NCBI GenBank assembly: GCA_963665325.3
Contig: OZ224045.1
Location: 1,888,001 to 1,952,000 of the forward strand
Direction of reading: 5' to 3'
DNA length: 64,000 nt
From: Alphaproteobacteria bacterium
GTDB lineage: Bacteria > Pseudomonadota > Alphaproteobacteria > Bin95
Part shown: positions 1-9,841 of the stretch, piece after piece
How positions within the stretch are numbered: the stretch's first letter is position 1
Layout: each line of letters opens with the position of its first letter
Notes under the pieces: generated by a model
What the model saw: only the letters and a program-made list of their open reading frames with translations
Databases searched by the model: none
Told to the model about the DNA's origin: nothing
Program-made: the position numbers and the translations under genes

Positions 1-373
1 CGAACAGTTGTCCCATATGGCAGAAGGCGTCCCACTGCGAGGAATATTGCAGCGTCATATGCACCCGGTCGTCGCAGCCGACATCGATATGGCGCGGGTC
101 GTCGAGTTGCAGCGGGTAGTTGTAACGCGGCGCGCCGTCCGGCCCCTGGGTCGGCTCCAGCACCGGCGGATGGCGGCGCGGATTGAGAATGTTGCGGCCC
201 GGATAGTCCAGTGGAAGGGACAGGCAATAGACCTCGCCCAGACGGATTTCCTCGCGCGCGGTCAGCACCCGCTCCGGCGTCAGCAGGTTCAGCCGGCCGA
301 GCTGGTCGTCCGGTCCCCAGTCGCCCCAGGTGGACCCGTCTGGCCGTCTTTTCCAACGCGGAGTCTCCGTCAT
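1..373 (-). CDS. Cyclase / kynurenine formamidase-like family protein (3' end runs off the window)
   Basis: Not in ORF track. Manual translation from CAT at 371-373: MTETPRWKRRPDGSTWGDWGPDDQLGRLNLLTPERV...LQYSSQWDAFCHMG. WGxDDQLGxLN and SQWDxxxH are typical of the cyclase family. Confidence 0.85.
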   Translation of the reverse strand, partial: MTETPRWKRRPDGSTWGDWGPDDQLGRLNLLTPERVLTAREEIRLGEVYCLSLPLDYPGRNILNPRRHPPVLEPTQGPDGAPRYNYPLQLDDPRHIDVGCDDRVHMTLQYSSQWDAFCHMGQLF

Positions 374-450
374 GCGTCCCTTTCTCCCGCTTGCCGCCGG
401 CGCAGTTGCGGCTACGGTAACGGAACCCGAATGCATAAGGAAACGCCGAA

Positions 451-1227
451 ATGAGCAATCCCTTCAGCCTCGAAGGCCGCAATGTCCTGGTCACCGGCGC
501 GGCGCAGGGCGTCGGCCGCGAGGTCGCGCGCACCGTCGTCTCGATGGGCGGCCGCGTCGCTGTCGTCGATCTCAACAACGAAGGTATCGACAGCCTTGTC
601 GCCGAACTCGGCGAGGACAAGGCGATGGGTTTCAGCGGCTCGGTCACCGAGCAGAGCCTTGCGGACAGCATCGTCGAGACGATGGTGGACGAGTGGGGTT
701 CGATAACCGGACTGGTGAACAATGCCGGCATCGTCCGCGCCGCCATGATCCACAAGATGAGCCGCGAATACTGGGACGAGGTCATCAATGTGAATCTGAC
801 CGCCGTCTATCTGGTGCTGCAATCGGTCGGCCGCCAGATGATCAAGCAGTCGGAGACGGGTGAGTTCGGCGTCTGCCCCGGCCAGATCGTCAATGTGTCC
901 TCCATCGCCGGCACGGCCGGCACCATCGGCCAGATCAACTACGGCGCCGCCAAGGCCGGCGTGCTCGGCATCACCATGAGCGCGGCGCGCGAATGGGCGC
1001 GCTACGGCGTCTGTGTGAATTCGGTGGCGTTCGGCACCGTTGTCACGCCGATGACCGAGGTGATCCGCGGGCCGAAGTTCGGCGCCCAGACCATGTCCCG
1101 CATCCCGCTCGGCCGTTACGCCGAGACCAGCGATGTGGCGCCGAGCGTCTGTTTCCTGCTCTCGCCGGGGTCGAACTATATCACCGGCAAGAACCTCACC
1201 ATCGATGGCGGCATGACCGCGATGTGA
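451..1227 (+). CDS. Short-chain dehydrogenase/reductase (FabG-like)
   Basis: TGAAQGVG nucleotide-binding motif, NNAG, catalytic YGAAK. Confidence 0.92.
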   Translation: MSNPFSLEGRNVLVTGAAQGVGREVARTVVSMGGRVAVVDLNNEGIDSLVAELGEDKAMGFSGSVTEQSLADSIVETMVDEWGSITGLVNNAGIVRAAMIHKMSREYWDEVINVNLTAVYLVLQSVGRQMIKQSETGEFGVCPGQIVNVSSIAGTAGTIGQINYGAAKAGVLGITMSAAREWARYGVCVNSVAFGTVVTPMTEVIRGPKFGAQTMSRIPLGRYAETSDVAPSVCFLLSPGSNYITGKNLTIDGGMTAM

Positions 1228-1237
1228 GGCAGGGGGG

Positions 1238-2125
1238 GTGAGCACACTTTCGACAGGGCCGTGGCGCAGCTTCCTGTTCGCGCCTGCCAACCATGCCCGC
1301 ATGGCGGAGAAGGTGTTCCAGGCGGGCGCCGACGCGGCCATCCTGGACCTTGAGGATGCGGTGGCGGTCGCCGGGAAACCGGCCGCCCGCGCCGACGCGG
1401 TCGCCGCCTTGCAGCGGCCGCGGCCCTGCAAGGGCTTCGTGCGCGTCAACGCCGCCGAGACCGAATGGTGCTTCGGCGACATGGAGGCAATTGTCGGGCC
1501 CTGGCTCGACGGCATCGTGCTGCCGAAGCTCGAAAGCGCGGCCATGCTCCAGACCATCGACTGGACGCTCGCCCAGCTGGAGCGCAAGGCCGGGCTGGAG
1601 ATCGGCAGCATCGACCTCATGCCCATCGTCGAGACCGGCCTCGGCATCTCCAACCTGAAGGAGATCGCCGCCTGCCGCTCGCGCCTCCGGCGGCTCTGCT
1701 TCGGCGCCGGCGACTACACGCTCGACGTGGGCATGCGCTGGTCGCTGGACGAGACGGAACTGGCGCAGGCGCGCGCCGCGATGGTGGTGGAGTCTCGCGC
1801 GGGCGCGCTGGAGCCGCCGGTCGATACGGTGTTCATCGAACTCCGCGAAACCGAGGCTTTCGAGGCCTCTGCCCGGCGCGTGCTCGCCATGGGATTCCAG
1901 GGCAAGCTCTGCATCCATCCGAGCCAGGTGGGCCCGGTCAACGACGCCTTCTCGCCGACGGAGGAGGAGGCCGAGCGCGCGCGGCGCATCGTCGCGGCGT
2001 TCGACGAAGCCGAGGCCGCCGGCTCCGCTTCCATCCAGGTGGACGGCTATTTCGTCGATTACCCGATAGTCGAGAAGGCGCGCCGAACGCTGGCGCTGGC
2101 GGAACGGATCGCCGCGCGGGGCTGA
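1238..2125 (+). CDS. CitE/HpcH-family CoA-ester lyase
   Basis: RSFLFAP, ILDLEDAV, VRVN, IVET, GKLCIHPSQ motifs. Confidence 0.9.
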   Translation: MSTLSTGPWRSFLFAPANHARMAEKVFQAGADAAILDLEDAVAVAGKPAARADAVAALQRPRPCKGFVRVNAAETEWCFGDMEAIVGPWLDGIVLPKLESAAMLQTIDWTLAQLERKAGLEIGSIDLMPIVETGLGISNLKEIAACRSRLRRLCFGAGDYTLDVGMRWSLDETELAQARAAMVVESRAGALEPPVDTVFIELRETEAFEASARRVLAMGFQGKLCIHPSQVGPVNDAFSPTEEEAERARRIVAAFDEAEAAGSASIQVDGYFVDYPIVEKARRTLALAERIAARG

Positions 2126-2131
2126 GGGCGG

Positions 2132-2929
2132 TCAATCCTCGGACGAAGGCTGCTCCGCCCAGGGAGGTGGGCGCTTTTCGTTGAAGGCGTCTATGCCGGC
2201 GCGGGCGGCGGAGGCGCGCAGCAGGCCGGCGATCGTGCGGGCGGCGTCGTCCAGGGTTTCGTCCACCGGGCGGTCGGTGGCGGAGATGACCAGGCGTTTC
2301 GCCTCGGCGACGGCGTTCGGTTCCGAGCGGCGGACCTGGTCCAGCACCTCGGCCAGCGCCGCATCGGCCTCCTCGGGGCTGGCGGCGAGGATGTGGGCGA
2401 GGCCGTCGCGGAGCGCGTCGCGGCCGTTCAGTATGGCGCCGGTCACCACCAGCCGCCGGGTCCAGCCTTCGCCCATGCGCCGGACAATGTGGGGGATGAC
2501 CTGGGCCGGGATGAAGCCGGAGCGCGCCTCGGGCAGGCCGATCTTCGCGTCCTCGCGCACGATGACGACGTCCGAGCAGCAGGCCATGCCGAGGCCGCCG
2601 CCCGTGCAGGCGCCCTCGACCACGGCGATGACGGCCTGGGGCAGGGCGTTCAGCACCTCCAGCACATGGCCCATCTTGCGGTAGAGCCGGAACAGCGGGT
2701 CGGGGTCCGCGGGCGGGGGAATGTCTCCCAGCATCGACATGTCGCCGCCGGCCGAGAATTGCCCGCCTTCGCCCCGCAGCACGACGGCGCGCGCGTCCGA
2801 GGCCTCTGCGTCCCTGAAAGCGGACAGCAGCGCCTCCATGGTCTCCTGGGTCAGGGCATTGCGGCGCTCGGGCCTTGTCAGCAGGACATGGAGGGCGATT
2901 CCGCGGCGTTCGACCCTGACCGGGCTCAC
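2132..2929 (-). CDS. Enoyl-CoA hydratase/isomerase (AtuE/LiuC-like)
   Basis: FSAGGD, GGGLGM and LPEARSG crotonase motifs; GTG start overlaps the upstream stop. Confidence 0.88.
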   Translation of the reverse strand: MSPVRVERRGIALHVLLTRPERRNALTQETMEALLSAFRDAEASDARAVVLRGEGGQFSAGGDMSMLGDIPPPADPDPLFRLYRKMGHVLEVLNALPQAVIAVVEGACTGGGLGMACCSDVVIVREDAKIGLPEARSGFIPAQVIPHIVRRMGEGWTRRLVVTGAILNGRDALRDGLAHILAASPEEADAALAEVLDQVRRSEPNAVAEAKRLVISATDRPVDETLDDAARTIAGLLRASAARAGIDAFNEKRPPPWAEQPSSED

Positions 2930-4512
2930 GACGGGGACCCGAACCCGCCCGCGCCGGGGGTCTCGACGAGGAGCCGCTCATCCTCATGCACGATGATGCC
3001 CGATGGCTTGGTGGCGAGCGGGGTCTCGGCGCCGTCTGCATCCAGCAGCGCAAACCGGCCGCGGCCGCCGGTGTCCCCGCCGGCGAGGCCCCACGGCGAG
3101 TTCGTGAAGCGCTCGCCCGCGCCGTTGAAGAGGCAGTCGTGCCCGACCGGCCGCACCACGCGGTACAGCCCGCGCCCGCCGCGGAACCGCCCCGCGCCGC
3201 CTGAGCCTTCCAGCAGGCCGTAGCGTTCCACCATCAGCGGGTATTCGGTCTCGATGGCTTCGACGGGCAGGTTGGAGGTGTTGGTGATGCCGACCTGCAC
3301 GCCGTCCTTGCCGTCTCCCCCCGGCCAGCCGCCGGCGCCGCCGCCGAGCGTTTCCAGATAGAGGTAGCCTTCGCCCGTTCTGGGGTCGATGCCCGAGAAG
3401 ACGGCGGTGGTGTTCGCGCCGTTGCCGGCTGCCGGCGCACGGTCCGGCATGGCGGGCGCAAGCGCGCCGAACACGACATCGATGATCCGCTGGCAGGTAT
3501 GCGCCCGCGCCGCCACGGGGGCGGGAAAGACGGCGTTGAGCAGCGAGCCGCGCGGCGCGGAAATCTCCACGCAGTCGATCACCGCCTGGTTGTTCGGCAC
3601 TTCGGGGTCCAGCAGCGCCTTGAGCGTGTAGGTGACGGCTGCGACCGTCGCATTCATGGTCACATTGACGTTGCCGGGGACCTGCGGGGCCGTGCCGGAG
3701 AAATCGAAGCTCGCGCTGCCGCCCTTCTTCTCCACGGTCAGCACGATGGGGATGTCGCGGGTCTCGATGCCGTCATCGTCCATGACATCGTCGAAGCGGT
3801 AGGTGCCGTCCGGGATCGCGCGGATCGCATCCGCCATGCGCCCTGCCGTGCGCGCCAGCATGTCTTCGAAGGCTGCGAGCACCGTTTCGGCGCCGTAGGC
3901 CGCGACGGTCTCGTCCATGCGCCGCACGCCGAGATTACAGGCCGCGACCTGGGCGAAGTAATCTCCGCGCCGCTCGTTCGGCAGCCGCACATTCAGCAGC
4001 ACGAGGTCGAACAACTCGCTTTGCAGCACGCCTTTGCGGAAAAGCTTGACCACCGGCACTCGCAGGCCTTCCTGGTAGATTTCCGACATGCCGCCGGCCA
4101 TCGACCCCGGCGCCATGCCGCCGACATCGGCGTGGTGAGCGATATTGCAGACCCAGGCGACGATGCGCCCGTCGGCGAAAACCGGGGCCGCCATGTTGAT
4201 GTCGGGCAGGTGGGTGCCGCCCGCCGTGTGCGGGTCGTTGGCGATGACGATGTCGCCTTCCTCGATATCGTCGCCATAGCGCGCCAGCAGGCAATCCATC
4301 AGACCGCTCATCGACGCGATATGGATCGGCAGGGACTGCTCCGCCTGGGCAATCAGCCGGCCCCGCGCGTCCATGATCGCGGTCGAGTGGTCGTGGCGCT
4401 CCTTGATGTTGGTCGAATAGGCGCTCTTCATCAACGCGGCGAAGGTTTCGTCGGTGATCGAGCGGAGCGCGTTGGCAAGGATTTCCAGGCCGATGGGGTC
4501 GAGTGCGGTCAT
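2926..4512 (-). CDS. Hydantoinase B / oxoprolinase subunit
   Basis: SAYSTNIKE, NDPH-GGTHLPD, HHADVGG, EIYQEG, ETPGAGGFG. Start taken at MTALDP, overlapping the stop of subunit A. Confidence 0.92.
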   Translation of the reverse strand: MTALDPIGLEILANALRSITDETFAALMKSAYSTNIKERHDHSTAIMDARGRLIAQAEQSLPIHIASMSGLMDCLLARYGDDIEEGDIVIANDPHTAGGTHLPDINMAAPVFADGRIVAWVCNIAHHADVGGMAPGSMAGGMSEIYQEGLRVPVVKLFRKGVLQSELFDLVLLNVRLPNERRGDYFAQVAACNLGVRRMDETVAAYGAETVLAAFEDMLARTAGRMADAIRAIPDGTYRFDDVMDDDGIETRDIPIVLTVEKKGGSASFDFSGTAPQVPGNVNVTMNATVAAVTYTLKALLDPEVPNNQAVIDCVEISAPRGSLLNAVFPAPVAARAHTCQRIIDVVFGALAPAMPDRAPAAGNGANTTAVFSGIDPRTGEGYLYLETLGGGAGGWPGGDGKDGVQVGITNTSNLPVEAIETEYPLMVERYGLLEGSGGAGRFRGGRGLYRVVRPVGHDCLFNGAGERFTNSPWGLAGGDTGGRGRFALLDADGAETPLATKPSGIIVHEDERLLVETPGAGGFGSPS

Positions 4513-6551
4513 GCTGCGATCCGGATTGTGAGGTTGCCGTATGTGTCCACTGTCGCCGTGTCGTCCGGATAGACGATAGCGGTGGCGTCCAGTTGTTCGA
4601 TGACAGCGGGGCCGTCGATGCGGCTGCCCGCGCCGAGTGCGCCGCGGTCGTAAACCGGCGTGCCCGGGCACTCCCGGCCGGTGAAGCGCACGAGCCGGCG
4701 TTCCCTCGGCGCGGGCGGGCCTTCGGCTGGCGGGAGCGTTGTTTGCGGCGCCCTGTAGAGGCGGGCCTTCGCCGTCAGCCTGAGATTGACGATCTCGACC
4801 GGGTCGTCCGGGTTGCGGAAGCCGTAGGCGAACTCATGCGCATCGAGGAAGCGGTCCCGAAGGTCGTCGAGGCTTTCCGGAAGTGCCACGGCGAGTTCAA
4901 AATTCTGCCCGACATGGCGCATGTCGAGCGAAACCTCGGTCTGCCGGTCTTCCGCGGATCCTTCCCCCGCGAACCAGAGCCCGGCCCGCTCCTCCAGTTC
5001 CTCCAGAATGGCGGCGATGCGCGGAAACGCCACGGCCGACACGGCGATGCGCTCGCTCCGGGTGAAGGTCTCGCGCAGGTCCGAGACCAGCAGCCCCTCC
5101 GCGCAGACGATGCCCGGTGCGGGCGGGACCAGGATTTCGCCGATCCCGATGCCGGCGGCCACATCGCGCGCATGCAGCGGCCCCGCTCCGCCGAAGGCCG
5201 CCAGCACATAGCCGCGCGGGTCGTGTCCGCGCTCGACCGAGACCGTGCGGATCGCGCGGATCATGTTGGCGGCCACGATATCGAGCACGCCTTCCGCGGT
5301 GCGCTCGACCGAGAGGCCGAGGCGCGCAGCGGCCGGCTCGAAGGCAGCGCGGGCCCTGCCTTCGTCGAGGCGCATGCCCCCGTCCAGCAGGCCGCGCGCG
5401 CTGAGCCGCCCGAGCAACAGGTTGGCGTCCGTGACCGTCGGTTCCGCATTGCCCCGCCCGTAGCAGGCGGGACCGGGATCTGCGCCGGCGCTCTGCGGGC
5501 CGACCTTCATCAGCCCGTCGCGGTCGAACCAGGCGATCGAGCCGCCGCCGGCCCCGATGGTCGCGATGTCGATCTGCGGCAGGCGGATGGGAAAGCCCGC
5601 AACGGCCCGCTCATAGGCGATATCCGCCTCGCCGCCCCGGATTAGCGCCATGTCCGCGCTGGTGCCGCCCATGTCGAGCGTGACGAGATCGCCGAAGCTG
5701 GCGCTGCGGGCTGCGTGGATCGCGCCGACGACGCCCGCAGCCGGTCCCGAAAGGGCGGTGCGGACAGGAAAGGAGCGCGCGCGGCGGACCGACATCAGGC
5801 CGCCGCTCGACTGGTTGATGCCGAGGTTGGCGCGCGGCACGACGGGGGAGAGGCCTTTTTCCAGCCGGCCGAGATAACGGTCCATCACCGATTGCAGATA
5901 GGCGTTCACGGTCGTGGTGGAGAAACGCTCGAACTCGCGGAATTCGGGCTGGACCTCCGACGACAGCGAGACCTGCAGGTCCGGCAGCGCCGCCCGCAGG
6001 GCCTCGGCCATCGCGCGCTCATGCGCGCCGTTCAGATAGGCGAACAAGAAGCACACGGCGCAGGCTTCGGCCCCGCTCGCGCGGACCTCCTCGACAACCG
6101 CCGCGATATCGGCGGCGGCAGGCGCGCGCAACGGTTCGCCCGCCGCGTCCATGCGCTCGGCAAGCTCGAAACGCCTTTCCGGCGGCACCGGCGGGGCCGG
6201 AAAGGTGCGGCGGAAATCATACATATGCGGGCGCACCTGACGGCCGATCTCCAGCAGGTCCCGGAAGCCCTCGGTCGTGACCAGCGCCACCTTGCCGCCC
6301 TTGCCCTGGAGCAGCGCATTGGTCGCGACCGTCGTGCCGTGCGCCAGACGGGACACCTCGTCCAGCGCGATCCCGCACGCGTCGGCCATTTCCCGGATGC
6401 CCTCGAGGATGGCGCGGCTCGGGTCGTCGGGCGTCGAAGGGCGCTTGAAGATGTGCGTTTCGCCCGTGCGGTCGTTGACGGCAGAGAAGTCGGTGAAGGT
6501 CCCGCCGACATCCACCCCGACAATCCAGGACCCGGCCTCATGCCTATCCAT
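4509..6551 (-). CDS. Hydantoinase A / oxoprolinase ATP-binding subunit
   Basis: GVDVGGTFTD, HGTTVATN, SGPAAG, DMGGTS, GAGGGS, PTVTDA. Confidence 0.93.
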   Translation of the reverse strand: MDRHEAGSWIVGVDVGGTFTDFSAVNDRTGETHIFKRPSTPDDPSRAILEGIREMADACGIALDEVSRLAHGTTVATNALLQGKGGKVALVTTEGFRDLLEIGRQVRPHMYDFRRTFPAPPVPPERRFELAERMDAAGEPLRAPAAADIAAVVEEVRASGAEACAVCFLFAYLNGAHERAMAEALRAALPDLQVSLSSEVQPEFREFERFSTTTVNAYLQSVMDRYLGRLEKGLSPVVPRANLGINQSSGGLMSVRRARSFPVRTALSGPAAGVVGAIHAARSASFGDLVTLDMGGTSADMALIRGGEADIAYERAVAGFPIRLPQIDIATIGAGGGSIAWFDRDGLMKVGPQSAGADPGPACYGRGNAEPTVTDANLLLGRLSARGLLDGGMRLDEGRARAAFEPAAARLGLSVERTAEGVLDIVAANMIRAIRTVSVERGHDPRGYVLAAFGGAGPLHARDVAAGIGIGEILVPPAPGIVCAEGLLVSDLRETFTRSERIAVSAVAFPRIAAILEELEERAGLWFAGEGSAEDRQTEVSLDMRHVGQNFELAVALPESLDDLRDRFLDAHEFAYGFRNPDDPVEIVNLRLTAKARLYRAPQTTLPPAEGPPAPRERRLVRFTGRECPGTPVYDRGALGAGSRIDGPAVIEQLDATAIVYPDDTATVDTYGNLTIRIAA

Positions 6552-6772
6552 CGCTCGATCTCGTCATTGCGGCTTTCCCCCCGGCGTCGGGCTCCAATCT
6601 AGCCCACATGTCCCGCAGGGGTCACGGCTTGCCCGGCGCTGTCGGAGCGCGTGGGCTTGCGTCATGCACCCTCCGCCTTCGCCGGTACGTTCCTGCTGCA
6701 CTTTGGGCGTTGCGGCCATGGGGCAATATCGTTCCGGTGGCGCGGTTGAACGGTCTGGGTTAAGTTCCAATC

Positions 6773-7018
6773 ATGGCTGGAAAGCAGCGCAAACCCGATC
6801 TTCCCAAAGGCACTGAATCGAATGGCCAGCTTGCTGAGGCGGCGCATTTGCAGGTGATCGAAGGGAACTCTCTTTCGCCCGGCGAACTTGCCATGTTCGA
6901 AATGTTCGAACGCGAGCAGTGGGCGTCCGAGGATCGCCGCGCTTATATCGGACAACGGACCGGAGGCCGCGTGCGGCCTTCGGACATTTTGCGGGCGCGC
7001 GACGCGGACCGTAAGTGA
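6773..7018 (+). CDS. Small protein resembling a VbhA-type Fic antitoxin
   Basis: 81 aa; HLQVIEGN resembles the xxxE(G/N) inhibitory helix of Fic antitoxins. Confidence 0.5.
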   Translation: MAGKQRKPDLPKGTESNGQLAEAAHLQVIEGNSLSPGELAMFEMFEREQWASEDRRAYIGQRTGGRVRPSDILRARDADRK

Positions 7019-7121
7019 GCGCTGCCGTGGATGCGTCCGCAGTCGTCGCGGCGCAGGCCGTGACATCGGCGGGACATCCGCGCTAAGGTCCGCGCTCGGT
7101 TCGATCTTCCGGAGGGGGCCG

Positions 7122-8258
7122 GTGGCGAAACGGTTCGAGGATGCGCTCGGCGACCTGTCCAGGCTGAAGCAGTTGATCCAGGCGAGCGAGTTCGATCTCG
7201 TGGTGGCAGCCTCGCCGGAAAACGTGCTCTACACGAGCGACGTCTTCATCTCGACGCAGGTCGATATCCGCGACCGGCTGGCGCTGATCGCCTGGGACGG
7301 GGACCGCGATCCGGTCTTCATTCTCTGCCGGGTGGAGGAGGGCTTCGCGCGGGAGGAAGGCTGGATTACCGACATTCGCGCCTACAAGGAGTTCGTCACC
7401 TCGCCCATCGACATGCTGGCCGAGGTCATCGACGAGTTGGGCGCGGCGAGCGGCTCGGTCGGGCTGGAGCTGGATTACCTGCCGGCGGTCTATTACGAGC
7501 GCCTGCGCTCTCTGCTGCCCAATGCGCGGTTCGGTCGCGCGGAACCGATCTTCGACCGTGCCCGGGTCATAAAGACGCCGCGCGAGCGCGAACGCCTCGC
7601 CGAAGGCTTCCGGGGCACCGAGCGGGCGCTGAAGGAAGCCTTCCTCGCGACGCGGCCCGGCGATACGGAGCGCGACATGTGCTTTCGCCTCGCCGACGGC
7701 ATCCTGCGGCACGGGGCGGAGTCCGTGGCATTCACGCACATCAATGGCGGGCCCAACACCGGCTTTCCGCACAAGGACCCCTCGGACTACCGGGTGAAGC
7801 GCGGCGACATACTCAAGGCCGACGCCGGGGGACGCTACGGGCGCTACTACTCCAATGTCGGCCGCACGGCGAAGCTTGGGCCGCTCAACGACGAGGACCG
7901 GTCCTGGTGGTCGCGGTTGCGGGAAATCCACCATGAGCTGATCGACATGGTCCGGCCCGGAAACACCGGACGGCAGATATTCGACCGCGCCACCGTGCTG
8001 CATGAGCGCCACGGCATTCCCTTCCCTTACGCGCATAACGGGCACGGGCTTGGCCTGCTGGTGCATGAGCGGCCCCTCATCAGCCCGCATGAGGACATGG
8101 CATTCGAGCCGGGTATGATGTCCACCATCGAGACGCGCGTCAGGTGGGTCGGGAAATGCGGCTACCATATGGAGGACCTGCTGGAGGTGACGGAGGGCAG
8201 CCCCGTGCTGCGCTCCGACTATTTCGACAATGAGGAGATTCTGGTCGTCGATGCCTGA
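7122..8258 (+). CDS. M24 family (Xaa-Pro peptidase/creatinase-like) hydrolase
   Basis: GGAGG RBS before GTG at 7122; SPENVLY, DAGGRYGRYYSNVGRT, HNGHGLGLLVHERP, MEDLL. Confidence 0.85.
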   Translation: MAKRFEDALGDLSRLKQLIQASEFDLVVAASPENVLYTSDVFISTQVDIRDRLALIAWDGDRDPVFILCRVEEGFAREEGWITDIRAYKEFVTSPIDMLAEVIDELGAASGSVGLELDYLPAVYYERLRSLLPNARFGRAEPIFDRARVIKTPRERERLAEGFRGTERALKEAFLATRPGDTERDMCFRLADGILRHGAESVAFTHINGGPNTGFPHKDPSDYRVKRGDILKADAGGRYGRYYSNVGRTAKLGPLNDEDRSWWSRLREIHHELIDMVRPGNTGRQIFDRATVLHERHGIPFPYAHNGHGLGLLVHERPLISPHEDMAFEPGMMSTIETRVRWVGKCGYHMEDLLEVTEGSPVLRSDYFDNEEILVVDA

Positions 8259-8311
8259 GTCCCGGCGGGACGGCCGGTAACGGGAACAACGGGAGAAGCT
8301 AGGGAGACACC

Positions 8312-9238
8312 ATGCTGAAACGAATTGCACTGGCCGCCGCGGCGGCAACGGCCTTCGCGGGGATAGCCGGAAGCGCCGGCGCATATCCGGACAAGCCGAT
8401 TACGCTGATCGTGCCCTACAAGGCCGGCGGCACCACCCATACGATGTCGATGGTGCTGTCCAAGGCGCTCGGGGAGGCTCTCGGCGGCAAGGTCGTGGTC
8501 AAGACCCGTCCCGGCGCCGGCAGCGCGGTTGGCATGACCTTCCTTTCCAAGGCGAAACCCGACGGCTACACCATCGCCTATTCGGACCTCGGCAACCTGA
8601 TCTGGAACCCGATGACCAAGAAGGACGTCGCCTACAAGGTCGACGACCTCCGGGTCATCGCCGGCATCAGCGAATACCAGGTGGCGCTTATCACCACGCC
8701 GGACAAGCCGTACAAGACGCTCGACGAGCTGCTGGAATATTCGAAGACCAATCCGCTCAATGTCGCGGACATGGGCGGCATGTCGAAAGTGTTCCTGAAC
8801 TACATCGCGGCGAAGGAAAACGTGAAGTGGACGGCGATCCCGACGCGCGGCGGCGGCGAGATGGTGCCGTTCCTGCTCGGCGGCAAGATCGACTTCGCCT
8901 ATAGCGGCGGTATCCACCAGAAGCACGGCGACAAGATGATCGTGCTTGCCTCCTTCCTGAAGGACGGCCTGGCGAAGGACCCGGACGCGCCCACGACCCA
9001 GGAGCGCTACGGCATCGCCATGCCCGGCAATTCCGTGCTGGTTGCTCCGGCCGGGATATCCGACGAGATCGCCATGAAGCTCGAGGCCGCGGCCAAGGCG
9101 GCGATGGACGATCCCGATTTCACCAAGGTGCTGGCGAACATCCAGTTCCCGAAGCGCTACATCCCCTCGTCCGACATCTCCGATTTCGCGGCGAGCGTCA
9201 CGAAGAGCCTTCAGGAAGTCGTTGCGGCGACGCAGTAG
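8312..9238 (+). CDS. tctC: Tripartite tricarboxylate transporter substrate-binding protein (TctC/Bug)
   Basis: Signal peptide, YPDKPITLIVPYKAGG, RPGAG, KPDGYT. Confidence 0.9.
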   Translation: MLKRIALAAAAATAFAGIAGSAGAYPDKPITLIVPYKAGGTTHTMSMVLSKALGEALGGKVVVKTRPGAGSAVGMTFLSKAKPDGYTIAYSDLGNLIWNPMTKKDVAYKVDDLRVIAGISEYQVALITTPDKPYKTLDELLEYSKTNPLNVADMGGMSKVFLNYIAAKENVKWTAIPTRGGGEMVPFLLGGKIDFAYSGGIHQKHGDKMIVLASFLKDGLAKDPDAPTTQERYGIAMPGNSVLVAPAGISDEIAMKLEAAAKAAMDDPDFTKVLANIQFPKRYIPSSDISDFAASVTKSLQEVVAATQ

Positions 9239-9250
9239 GCCAAGGGGCCG

Positions 9251-9282
9251 GGAGCCGGGGCGCCCTCGGGCGTTCCGGCTTC
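9251..9282 (+). other. GC-rich hairpin between tctC and tctB (possible mRNA stabiliser)
   Basis: GGAGCCGGGGCGCCC-TC-GGGCGTTCCGGCTTC inverted repeat, no U-tract. Confidence 0.45.
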
Positions 9283-9322
9283 GCACGCGCCCTCTTCGCC
9301 CGCCCTGCATGAGGCCGCTTCG

Positions 9323-9817
9323 GTGAGAACAACCCACATCTGGTCGGGAGTGCTGCTGGTCCTGGCATCGCTCTGGTGCCTGTTCTGGGTCATTCCCGAT
9401 AACACGTACCCGCCCGACAGCGAACTCGATCTGGCCCCTGCCTTGGTGCCGTCCATTGCCATCGGCGCGTGCCTGGTGCTGGCGGCCGTCATGGCCTTGC
9501 AGGCCATTCGTGGCAGCACCAGCGTCGGATCGGGCGAGGACCATCTGGACGAGGAGTTCGGCGCAGAGGCGACGGGCGCGAGCGGCCATGTGCTGCTGAA
9601 CCTGCTCATCTGGACAGCCGTCGCTGGTGCATCCTGGTTCCTGATCGAACATGTCGGCTTCGAGCCGGCCATGACGCTCTTCCTGGTCGCGACCATGCTG
9701 TTCGTCGGCGCGAGGAACCCCTGGACCATCGCGCTGGTCTCGGTGGCCACGCCGGTCGTGCTTTCGCTGGCGGCCTACCAGTTCTTCAACACCGAACTCC
9801 CCGCCTTCTGGCGCTGA
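9323..9817 (+). CDS. tctB: TTT small membrane subunit TctB
   Basis: About 4-5 hydrophobic segments; lies between tctC and tctA. Confidence 0.8.
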   Translation: MRTTHIWSGVLLVLASLWCLFWVIPDNTYPPDSELDLAPALVPSIAIGACLVLAAVMALQAIRGSTSVGSGEDHLDEEFGAEATGASGHVLLNLLIWTAVAGASWFLIEHVGFEPAMTLFLVATMLFVGARNPWTIALVSVATPVVLSLAAYQFFNTELPAFWR

Positions 9818-9841
9818 GCGGAACGAGTAGGGGGGCGGTCG

